A DNA stretch of 64,000 nt from the NCBI GenBank assembly GCA_021786295.1, contig JAJYNO010000009.1, positions 35,977-99,976 of the forward strand. Reading direction: 5' to 3'. A program made the position numbers and the translations under genes. The notes below the pieces were generated by a model. That model searched no databases, was not told where the DNA came from, and saw only the letters and a program-made list of their open reading frames with translations. How positions within the stretch are numbered: the first letter of the stretch is position 1; every line of letters begins with the position of its first letter. Shown one piece after another: positions 62,401 through 64,000 of the stretch. The DNA is from a bacterium (GTDB lineage: Bacteria > Elusimicrobiota > Elusimicrobia > Elusimicrobiales > UBA9959).

Positions 62401-64000
62401 CAGCATGACGGCCGGCAGCGCCACGCTCTCCAACATCCTCCTGCGCACCGCCGGCTACAGGACCATCACCGTGACCGACCAGAGCGGCACCTACCCGGCT
62501 CTCGGCTCCACTCCCAGCGGCACGCTGACGCTGCAGCCGTATACCCCGACCAGGATCCGCGCGCTGCTGCCCGGAGAAAGTCCGGCCCCCGGCAACGTCG
62601 CCGCCAACGGCCGTTCCGGCGCCCCTACGGCGCAGCAGGCCGGCTCCACGTTCACGGTCACGGTGAACATAACCGACTCCTTCTGGAACCTGACGCCGGG
62701 GGCCAGCCAGGAGATACAGCTCTCGGCCGACGATCCCAACGCCGTAATAACGCCCTCCTCCCAGGTCGTGGTCGGCTCCGCCACCTTTACGGTGACCCCG
62801 ATACGGGCCGGCTACACCGTGCTGACCGCGGCGGTGGTCGCCCCCGGCCTGCCCGGAGGCCCTACGCTGGCCCAGGACGTCGCCAGCACGGTGCAGGTGG
62901 CGCCGGGGGTGCCCAAGCGCCTGCTGGTGCTGCTGCCGGGCCAGAACTGGCAGCAGGGGACGCTGTCCGGGGTAGGGGTCACGGGCACCCCGTCCGACAC
63001 GACCGCGGGCAGCACCGATTTCAAGGTGCGCGTCGGCGTGGTGGACAGCTACTTCAACCTCGTCCCGGGCCGGCCCGCGGACGTCAGGGTCAACACGCCT
63101 TCGGACCCGTTCGCGCCCGCGGTCAGCACGGCCGCCGTCAACACCGCCTACGGCTATACGGACCTGATCTACGTGACGCTGAGGCGCGCGGCGACACAGT
63201 ACCTGACGGCCACCGACTACGGCAACTCCGGCCTGGCCGACGACCCGGGCTCCTCCACCTTCACGGTCCGGCCGGCCGCCCCGGTGGGGCTGCAGCTGGT
63301 GCTGCCCGGGGAGCTGGCGGTGCCGGGCTCCGGCAGCTATCCTTCGGGCGGCAAATCGCTGACGGCCTCCACGCAGACGGCCGGGGTGACCTTCAAGGCC
63401 ACCGTCAACCTGGTGGACAGCTACATGAACGTCTACAACGGGCTTTCCGTAGGGCCCACGGTCTACCTGGTCACTTCGGACCTATACGACATCGACTCCT
63501 CGAGCGTGCCGCTGAACTACGGGACGGTGCAGGTCCCGCTGACGCTCGTCACCAGGTCGGCGGCCTCCACCGTCAAGGTCTTCCCGGTCAGCGCCGCGGA
63601 CAACCAGGTCTGCTCCGGCAGCTCCGGCGGGATATGCCGCAACGACAACGCGGCCGCCATGTCCTCGTTCAAGGTCTACGCCTCGACGGCGACGCGCCTG
63701 CTGGTGGTGCTGCCGGGACAGAGCCTGGTGGAGGGCAAGTGCAATATAAGCCCGCCCTGCGCTTCGGCCTCGGTGGCCTGGCCCGGCGTGAGCGGTCCGC
63801 CCTCGGCCCACACCATAGGCACGGGCTCGCTCTTCGCCGGCGTCTATCTCACCGACGCCTTCTTTAACCGGGCCACCGACGCGACCGGCTCCGCGCAGGA
63901 CACCAATCCTCCGGCTGTGATGCCCGAGGTGCGCGTTACCATGCCCAACGACCCCGGGGCCACCCCGCCCAGCCCGCAGACGCTCTCCAACGGCAGCTCG
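35423..64000 (+). CDS. Giant secreted Ig-like repeat surface protein/adhesin, >9,526 aa, 3' end beyond window
   Basis: ATG 35423 with signal peptide MRARGRTGLFRAAKKSLLLAGLSLFFSVPSLFTAAGA. The track lists no terminated ORF in this frame, and spot translations through to 64000 give coherent T/S/G/Y/W-rich repeats. It is absent from the track because there is no stop in the window. Confidence 0.93.
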   Translation, partial: MRARGRTGLFRAAKKSLLLAGLSLFFSVPSLFTAAGADTKTVQTISGADTVDWPASRKVLYEQGYGLTWVFFENAAGFSYSAFNGNSWTTPATAISAAEAGGGTNPMYGSVYYVAASSDVYVITTDPGPDLTGSPYNNVYMKKGRLNADGSITWGGLQTRTITGTVGGGTGDCYAGGGVDIALLGNETSGVTAWSCDAKRTGTSYRISVLGQDGMGTNLSGGSNFAVDAKDSNSEGAGPYKQFGSLVPVYDSGAWYMLNFQKDRSDYYGTLREHRYDNSGVYLARELAIAPTNTPGQDQWAYSAAAQPQSSIVHLVYTDNTGNLIYKRRAGPSSWPTTITLTTNGTSASPNYHPSVVFAAKDPGDPSSFDKVYVIYASTYGSVNYAVGSATAASISDFDMVSGLNWNQSAGGATSVQAPSFIQLPNPIPVAWNGSGGVQFDRLPTSSYSPPSVASASPLSVGIGAGVADYAGSSYYDITLNGSGFLNNPPPGVSFQSGGNPVSGITVSSVTYLSGTQVRASIAVDQSVGQGPVDLVVTNWDGRNGFATGIATVTVPSSALTSPVEPIDYSSGIVSFAGVSGFAPSGYAGAPTLATPQVRITRGDGYEWDGTQFVDPAVSGEQWRNATSGTANWLYSDWPPASQADGQSYVLTSRGKTSDRGYSTPSSNVTFTIDKLGPAVSYTFPAANSSNNSITAIQGTAADAGVGIQHVSMQLIDSGDNLFGNGNDLYWTGYPATGFLASSTWYYVVNNSAVPSENANYSCGTSCPYKSVNWIVKATPDSGGEPQLPSFIDGRKYRLQVESADKFNPDTYASSFDFYYDTTPPNVSVSVPAQLMPNQPVSMGDPSNVWRNNFDFLQGSLSDNVVDPVIGRRHVYYCVYEYGGTDKWGTGCAGPTPVYASALYAPSADPYSYSIAVSTNWQNGFWYHLAVYADDAAGNLDGSPLSPATSGYFYYDALPPNISITYPANNVNYGAGTMNALLGTSHDDHSGVATVQYRIEHPPLAKWSAASKTWIDQTAPIWNVAGTTTAIPFDTWQSSETAQAGQWLSGEQYTFIAQSLDKAGNYSASYSTTVFKYDTTPPVTLVLNPPPAGRYSDNQFTNIAGTANDMPDTTRQAGADMTCIGVQRQSDGLWWNGTALGWQSGRSDSCQTWSYNWAHQSMGGFWSTVGSTEAFNIYAWSQDMVQVPGPNVESSTTLKDSFIYDVLPPTSTLTSPQDNTWYSDQAGYQLSSIAGTAVDLPLTGPAAGGSISDMQVEVRDEVTLTCWNGSDFTGTCGSAATWKDMGLVAGSTYSYNTATLMAAAVENRPYRVTIRSMDNAMDLDNNPKPNVESSFTEGRNRSYFRVDRTPPSTLIQSPSASSVYVFSSLSGTAQDSYTQVQKVQVAYFSVTLQKWWNPASGSFDQGDGINPPPASAFVAASTTTANPVPWTVTGSSVPALTNGQSYLVFARATDSVGNQTAFPGYSGFTTPPNQSSLIEITKVTPLPSSVITTPPSGSPYYRPTDLTSISGTLSAATTVQVMITDLSVTPNQVWTPGGWVSTTTYLAGCTDSTYVIGQSTCGYFGVDTISLANWTKSTSGIWPAGTAEFSVKSRAASDADGITQLTPLPQRYFYIDGDDPATTLVDPAAAYERSLPVIDGTASDAGVGKVANVEVAISTGSGSYYWNGTSWQSGSPVWLPAAADDGAFDSNLEAWNLNSGLPVFQNSKTYEVQVRVTDMAGRQTLYPIPYQQFTIDTASPTAAIALPDGSHGINAMTALSGTAYDNALNQSVQVAIQQLGSPQLWFDGSGFNKLQTDPNWLYVANGVNGFLSPNATSWMYAPAGLDSAFPGGLQYLLLTRSTDVAGNIQTNFQVNISSRVVFVDKAPPVTSVTLPADDGDGVSGRYKSAYIGESLTSSRFYGSAADNFYAANNAGVEQTQMQLSYLSAGDTWYWLGTYFSSGTAAQNGSWLNASGVGSWIYPNDIAWPAGDREYTLEARSMDATRAADGTGTGNWETAFSQGQNVKKFIICDTPPDVAITTPTELSLTNDTNVYGTANGNLAGFSKAQVRISTGSGAAIRYWSGGSSAWVTNPETWNDSIRLGNTSWYYTIPASLLVEKTTYTVSARALDYAGNYSVTYSTRDFLNQRPSSFVQDPYKAAYNTLTQLDGYATDNTGVSAVAISIFNYDQNKCYDPSQPGAWKTVGCLSDNDAPWVAPQVSVWASSASWVYTVSDSTWTSGAHYRIRVKSMDQAGNWDVTYATATFQFDTEIPVSNVVYPSSGSYLPLSANPMTIQGTAFDGFSGLNQVNFYLQRSDGWYWNGIGWQGTAIALNGDAPYSGWSKQITNSAAYIDGEQYSITSWATDNAGNQESPAVKSMFVYDVTPPTSTITYPYDGGYISQTGMVTGGSYDPPHGMTGDVRVRIKALSGPNAGYYWRVSDSSWTLQNAPEVWNSVASYGSLSSGATWWQLNTAPWQTGETYEVNSYAVDKAGNAEVVYSTATNIKADFTPPVSTVTLPAQGATYGDVPLPQLTGTAYDSSPGQVDHVYVQFGYLPSGQGGAITNTFDGQSWQANGATWLPVSSVTLSAGNWTYNVPDSVWNWNNSWYTVRAYAVDKAGNVEGTIWRSDFYYSAPFPVTAISAPADGSYTNTLPQKVSGTASKFTYSSLSGVQVSVERKSDGFYWYGSSFSAPGSMQSAPRVYFNASDVSVLGDGSLYWDWTSNISTSGWTDNTSYYFLSKGYGPAGPEQTADLVGNTVIYDATPPNTAVAVPAAAIYQNMPQLSGTASDTPPGLVSYAQITIQDLTYPATYWNPATGAWQNSVVWATTTLNSGNWSVGAGLPAWTDGTWYRVTPKAADMAANVQTGGSVDFLIDRTTPTADISSFVALNSTVTAVNGQVRSSLNSLIGTAWDNAGPGGGAGVLDKVLLHITRPSQPGTSLRYWRWDTGAWDASQPADSDIYWATATVSVPGVTASSWTIAGLPPPGAYIQGDSYIIMSRAKDTALPAGNTQQAFVDGFSSFTVVWDVNPPSVVLTSYGDTLGTGRINPGGDWTLYGTAYDSPGGVTSVTNVKLRIARLEGATTYYWTGLDWGTTPSEVQPDAFTPPNWDYTLPAAQLPSDEKYMLFTRGIDNAVPPNSGSFGAETDVILDTTPPLVQITSPTALAEGSPFSIYGTADASLAGQNYTQIRFSTGTGLSTQYWTGAGWTAAPDTWIQTVKLGDTSWYYTLPAAMLASDVSYTASARTLDYAGNYSAVYSTYVFTYDTVPPYVTLSFPADGAAYSNIKVSTPIAGTSNQNDQTNPYSKVSAVYVQVKDLSNTTCFDGSAFSACPSWQLAGGTLDNWSYNSPSLGFIGNRQYYIEAKAVDYAGNESAHAAATIKFDVDKPTSTITYPLQGYTTGFTQVRGQAADAADTYRADLGTYTVNVAFQLVGGSWWNGSAFTAADPVWYQAYADTSPYNIGKTTVTWSYNLPAALSVYLADPGNQNSNYRVVSWCYDLALNPEYGPPGAQPKTGDVPAGDGVTLTYDNQKPVSYITLPSLASYNSLPSITGTSGDSVGVAIKQTWITVYMPALGKYYDPSLSPPWSPPGSDENSAPWLSPQETVYQSSSSWTYAIQDSTWTSGATYRIRARALDVAGNYDTVYTTATFLYDNQAPISTVTVPADGANLNYMPAQLQGTSYDPGSSGVSSIALYITRDSDGQYWNGINGWSPTPQMLTASPPFDNWTSAINPAMFTGNDGVRFYVQTNARDAAGNQEGYGVKSSFVYDVTPPTSTIAYPYNNGYISQTGNINGGSYDRPDGMVRDELVRIQDINPSSANYLKYYSVAGSSWTSAVTANSALNYGSLSPGATWWQLNAAPWQSGETYEISAWAADKAGNFQVTYATATAVKADFTPPTSTVTYPVNGVDVHSELTSISGSASDVPPGMLDKVLVSYYCEDTNYPAIYGKYWNSADAAWDSSNPVFYPAAINGDTWYTTGASTPTWYNNKNGVWYRVFAKAVDQAGNAVADPGQALPDSPEIHFRLFPPPPVSYIITPPAGVPNYSAVPTISGTAVYATTVAVRIIDYGPDLTYNSGNDDLVWDGTAWVSTSTAWATTVGYLGVDSFSAPNWSITVPSWNGNRRYRVISRAYDGVNDVYETVTPDQGNEFILDTSNPAAGVTAPSTTYLHSLNALAGTASDVAPGTVVSGYFRVKRQASAQYWNWQASTFTALSGQYTDLTAVPSWNSTLGVYLLNYTTDYFQSGAAFEPNQSYVAQLSVTDKAGNAGSAADMPFTIDVASPTAYITIPYDANNSGIRRMDSISGTAADNFANANVSIAIQEQDYHLWYSNSAQGFVSSAQPIWISLLNNTSGYLSASATSWTYAPAGFDSRFSAGSDGDTYLVLARAQDMAGNVQDQFASPVSSTVIKIDKAPPSSYFAFPADDSGAGTGRYNSSSLGFVNGTAADNYYTVNNAGVAEVELRLSYLQGGTTYYWDGSNFVSGGGFDTTAWQPITPSGSAPVWSWVYAHPVTMPGDREYRAEARAMDDARLDDDTGDGNWQVNYTTVNFIVDDTPPLVAVTTPTASALSQLQGIGGTADASIAGFSGAQVRISTSSGASYWNGSGWTSSPVWLNAAKLGNTSWYYTVDQAMLQDNAVYTVEAMAKDYAGNYSSVYSTYTFTYDTTGPSVSVSYPVNGAAYSGVLTSTPIAGSSSSSQSAPNTGVSTVAVAISELDSLNHYIDCFDGSAFSACASPVWLPAQSAGGSNWQFNSPALSFADDHKYHVEARAQDVAGNYSAVQGVDFRYDVDPPTSTIVSPGSGYINAWSQITGYAWDNYNNNRVYDAGFGTYTVLVAIRRVGGSWWTGSAFNGGGPSWLEASVDTSAYSQGYTTYTWTYSMPSALQTAIVSARTNDYYVVPWSYDLALNPEYGPANGQPAAGDIPAGVGRIVHFDNDVPVAVATSPVNISAQNNVPYIYGVATDTGVIAGVQVLVKARGSWNAEWDGGTTGTNSDWDNTSYAYWSTATLTNGAWSLALPPLNPVNNYKLSVWARAYDLAGNWQATPTNTQILNNQNADGSAAYYFDYDTTLPQTGVTAPDRYALNVATGMIAGTAFDAGIEPSGVAYVYLRLHRSDGAYWHFINGNWTDATASDNFLAGFGSPWAEPITPSSQDDGYRYDVYTLAVDNAQNNSAKQYFSTFTFIVDETPPASRITFPANNSFIGAVPAITGTADDSVEDLHGWTAPRDFESGISSSTGVQVALQRLTDGLWWDGAGFTLSSRQWNPVSFSGTSSGTWSYSLPAGAIADGTTYYAMSRSQDIAGNLETQYTTNYFTGDVTPPVSMAYAPSGTTASVPQIVGTAWDTPPGQLKTTNMVMLSLKEVDPVVSCYDNGLNLFVACPGGLYPNNRIWFTTGTLTVSPDPTQLSTWTWNTSAIGWTNSAQYNVIALAIDKAGNQKAYGTVENPDISFTLVTPQAMATIATPLGPDDKNYMATDIPSVSGTGSNLRAVDSVQIRLERLIGSTSWWYEPSLSWVSQDTWTWYSSSDQSWQQHISSVAFSVDNASYTFVVTPYNSTGQTGTDATRRVVIDNTKPVGSILYPGTPYINAMGVLYGTATDPNNITQPSLQKDFGGDVYVRIKNVENGYYWTGSSFTATVTNIETSYSPQTVVSWSTATAVTAGLQDGQRYQVLLLPKDKAGNMESNESAMPSYQVLYDTNPPSAYFSFPGNRQVLRSLTAITGTAYDPIGAYSPYMKSDLNNVQLQIYDEQGVKWWADGAGGFTITGSSFNVVSGTDTWSYSPPNLVSALTSGKYYVIQAMATDRAGNQQTGFTDVVSSRVFIWDTTPPTSAIAQPADQGTYMPGALTGVNALSGTATDSPLPFVGVRLSTPQVNLSYIDGGTTYYWTGSSFSSYTVTFDGAWQDAIGTDTWHYPFDGANWVSDKLYTLYVRAFDLAEPLGPNGGNEQNPWTVHQFVVDGTPPVSRITVPQDGSFIQNSLPAISGTSYGGLSGLASPPSGLKLRISHVIGAQTYYWSGTAAGGWSTTPVDLPVNYTASASTITWSYPPATYDPPDISTNNHVYTVSVAGLDKAGNQEAYNSVNVTSDFNYPSISISTPMAGADAFYGAARPTGQLAGDSLDAPAGVAPPITTEITDLSESGAVKPKWDGAAWSVVNSTWLAVSGLSPWSYSPPAWPANKRFRVELYAVDNAGNQVPPGTYVREFIYDVNTPSSTILSPSSIYQNASQVASFSGTAVDWVNSPSTEAMSGLAPQGVQVQIVDNSQTGVTFNGTGFASGDYWRNAQFTPTSQITDAVLGVNIVQAADWSYPPAGDSWPPALVQGHSYTVRSRALDRAGNQENYQERTFTYDASAPTTTITMPGNFAYASLPLSSGTLREDYSYVPPGGIQLLFKRNSDSQYWTGSGWGAFAAADWLDATSVYQSSWTYADAALSNYFNTLSGSLDFTEYIRGTDAAGNTNLPQTPAPSGGVVFKMDHFVPVSLTTYPATGNGQLVFRNTPVSALAGTASDYDPGSPSGLNGVYVRIRRYDSGGTPCYYDQTFGNWVTAAGGSEWMPQNAGTLSAWAKSLPATAFSGSNGGDCYPGLDKGDGFRFEVQSYAVDNTQPVNGGPNTEVNYSTASFLLDYSTPTAAILQPADQSYLRNIYQLAGTAADPVAGGGIPSGLASIEYELTDTDANPNRYWNFNALQWQTAYVSSVTAPAANWTVTSIPNNNPSGNDSWAVGRSSATFQLRIKVSDKAGNYSGFANNVSTFTLDLLPPDSQITSPPTQNGYYLAVSSITGTAADYNSGVSTVALSVQQDNTQDADCTNTGNNSYYWNGSSWQGGQVWLPVNSYNPVGGSWRYDDASKIVFNAYCYYVVMSSAVDNVGNGQVTWGSRRFKFTPPPAVTRVLVPANGVYYRNLSQVSGTANVNTQSVWLNARRLQDNDYWNFGSSSWQVAFSSVQVIPAAGAWTFASSLPPLVTNSSYTFTAVGLNGSGVFEAAPVTNQVYFDTTPPVSLVLLPSQTQLYYNSLPKLGGTAQDPPGVSPPASGVSGVWVRIQETTGPYSGDYWDNSASAYTPTQTDNKAAYYVAASSWDFTVSYPTAAFTDGAGYTAQSYSLDNTYDNGTFKGTQSPLSAPVVFNYDVSAPTATVTSVSPGQARSAVSVASGAVQETMVLSNFGQPPGTQISEVRLHLRYNNVNSYWSGSGWVPAAPATYFDAQVFQSSWTSAALPVWADAGSYTLWAEAIDKAGNDQTNFTANGSSVTFTVDSSAPVVAVLNPVPGSKISSVASVTGTANDPNWSTNSGIAGASNVQVQVSYLYGGSTYYYDNALSFSSYTLGDTNSWWPATNWAAQGASSGTWTYAPAGLSSAMVGDRVYKFRARAQDNAVPVPNPAVLTDNAASNSGVIYDVTPPVSRITLPKDGSKIRSLSAITGTALDNLAGISTLGQISVSIAALSPVAGNWNGASPGDFSLPSETFQPLSGGSLAATYDGLNWSFTAPALSDGYTYLMKVKASDDVTPPNVETNVSSVTFTYDITPPAAAIVSPVSLPNSGANLNALASVSGTAFEQFTLKSASVSVQEDDTHLYYDAQTSTFNSVTQKWLTAGISGTGPNYTWTVPAPPLTDNKNYNLQVTAIDAAGNQLTPPSATVIRYDVTPPVSQPVAPANGSFINKLASVAGTASDPNSNPSGVAGTQIRVQRNSDGKFWTGATWGSETWLSGVPGTAWTKSSQLPPSDNNVGLTDGNVYTVTSRSYDVAANTQSVILAGTSFMFDVSSPTAFVQLPLNGARYNALPQLSGTAADANNVTFPQVRIYDIPLGKYWMTGTGTCGGVTLPGWVGNTCPAFPEIWNVAVGSSATGAPFTWSYDSSGVAWPNRDAGLRVDLKAQDAAGNYSVTSSTFSFDNVPPSSLILYPPVDGTTYSSMTAISGTSYDLTSAINEVDIRMWYLSGGTTYYWNPVAPHWTASDPGWFSIPDGPGSKGIDNPWTYSDPNYDFDDPGTNNFAWKEGTNDHANGKLFYIVTRAIDSTTNDQVVLATRTFQFDNVPPLSAPVQPGPDTAYSGLTTLWGTAADDVSGVASVKVSILSEDATGGPKYYDGSGFNNAAETWLPVQNLYPSSWTYTSALLSFSDTMHYVVKSSATDSVGNVQTVVGESRFLFDTTPATSTVLAPLNGNVYEDNESLIGNYYDPGYTTGINGTGSGVFHDASNPWGRGLVEVAVFRDTYPYMSSVGPLVFGPGSGWDDSGYFWNGSTWTDVSAGVVWVPAQFDTQPTWVYTALQCASDAQRAAHTCWVRGDRYVVWSRATDNAGVLGTPLSGPKFYISAPAKSFKVWVDAGQNPMTAGDIVNLNVQATDADGNVAAAYIGTVTFQMDSGLGPEVMGANAAEAVDELHGLPPEYQFQPSDYGFKTFQMRLRKAGSRSLLVSDLYTPSINGNSTLTVNPAAAQQTQIIADYDPAGEMPAPGTVSGKTGTPRTKPAGASVPFLLQVTDKYWNVVPSSSVSLGVTDTDPNNSLVSPDGPAVFVGSATINRTFVSADSQGWSLLCNGAVSSKVPVTPNQAAGLLALMPGETRNQGKYTVQPYGKDGVVADQLVGSTFTVRVYAVDQFYNTDVSTSFPVSVSMPGDKYEVNPAPAQLSNGTTSFVFTPIVAGTQTVEAQQAGAGYLSGGTSFYVTPNTVKVWWGGPAQLNLVVPGQTLEPGLPPYGSNPSPGGKLGSPSPLTAGVTVQMSVYLTDQYYNVVLGTTPFMAVSSNTPQVEISFPNDPNIAARGLPPFSGGFDIRSLIGGSTTFSVIPVTHDESPGMTATVYDTGLTGTNFSTDTVTGIVVKSAPATHLLLMVPNEVPAEGLIGGKSGTAGPLTAGSTYQITVRAVDDFGNLASDGRSVRIQSNDVYASTYAAGAPAVFPPQALANGQTVFKGFLPSAATGNLVIDAVDNDTIYPKLSTSTDSGVTVSPGQASRLIVLLPTQSLVPGKVLPPYGTAGSISTQTAGVGFSAQVYAADSRYNMVSDVSLNKTMHAVADDAFGGPSSNGDLGTFSMTAGSATLSNILLRTAGYRTITVTDQSGTYPALGSTPSGTLTLQPYTPTRIRALLPGESPAPGNVAANGRSGAPTAQQAGSTFTVTVNITDSFWNLTPGASQEIQLSADDPNAVITPSSQVVVGSATFTVTPIRAGYTVLTAAVVAPGLPGGPTLAQDVASTVQVAPGVPKRLLVLLPGQNWQQGTLSGVGVTGTPSDTTAGSTDFKVRVGVVDSYFNLVPGRPADVRVNTPSDPFAPAVSTAAVNTAYGYTDLIYVTLRRAATQYLTATDYGNSGLADDPGSSTFTVRPAAPVGLQLVLPGELAVPGSGSYPSGGKSLTASTQTAGVTFKATVNLVDSYMNVYNGLSVGPTVYLVTSDLYDIDSSSVPLNYGTVQVPLTLVTRSAASTVKVFPVSAADNQVCSGSSGGICRNDNAAAMSSFKVYASTATRLLVVLPGQSLVEGKCNISPPCASASVAWPGVSGPPSAHTIGTGSLFAGVYLTDAFFNRATDATGSAQDTNPPAVMPEVRVTMPNDPGATPPSPQTLSNGSS
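37085..60258 (+). repeat. ~60 tandem Trp-rich bacterial Ig-like repeats (~115-165 aa each)
   Basis: Recurring 'D.tpP.s.i..P....isGTA.D..sgv..V.v......yWnG..W....W...g...Wsy....g..Y....rA.D.AGN.....f.yD'. Counted by eye from the D-x-x-P boundaries. Confidence 0.85.
60259..64000 (+). repeat. ~10 repeats of a second Ig-like type
   Basis: Recurring 'L.vllPG....PG....G..GtP...tAG..f.v.V..vD.y.N' at ~350-450-nt spacing. Confidence 0.75.

Noticed and set aside
37243-63867. Plus-strand frame-1 ORFs inside the giant gene (e.g. 53779-56877, 61333-63867)
   Set aside because: Off-frame R/H/L/P-rich translations. The coherent protein is in the frame starting at 35423.
1-64000. CRISPR array, tRNA/rRNA, prophage, transposase or integrase
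   Set aside because: I saw no repeat-spacer array, RNA-gene signature or such protein motifs. The repeats in the giant gene are degenerate and protein-level.

Overview
High-GC bacterial window in which every credible gene is on the + strand. The gene content resembles Elusimicrobiota, but that is inference only. The first ~34 kb is a surface-appendage and signalling island that follows the 3' end of tsaD. It holds a signal-less solute-binding-fold protein, a GAF-GGDEF diguanylate cyclase, two PorV/PorQ-like outer-membrane barrels and a multi-FlgD-Ig protein with a T9SS-like C-terminal domain. Next is an unusual Tad/Flp pilus locus: 3 Flp-like pilins, 2 TadE, TadG, CpaB, a 240-aa mini-secretin, a CpaE-CpaF fusion, TadB with an extra exported domain, TadC and a TPR protein. 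Also present are six two-component-type genes (one an atypical OmpR-family regulator), an FtsH paralog behind a 115-bp inverted-repeat element, and a catalytically degenerate S41 lipoprotein. Five promoter regions share an 11-bp-periodic (G/T)(A/T)AAC repeat placed 10 bp upstream of a -10-like hexamer. At 34.17-34.53 kb, a strong sigma70 promoter drives a structured leader with a CAG-rich stem-loop, a GEMM-I cyclic-dinucleotide riboswitch (A20, c-AMP-GMP-type variant) and a terminator/antiterminator. Downstream are a secreted HEAT-repeat protein and a giant ORF that the supplied track missed. It starts at 35423, is still open at 64000 (>9,526 aa) and contains ~70 Ig-like repeats.
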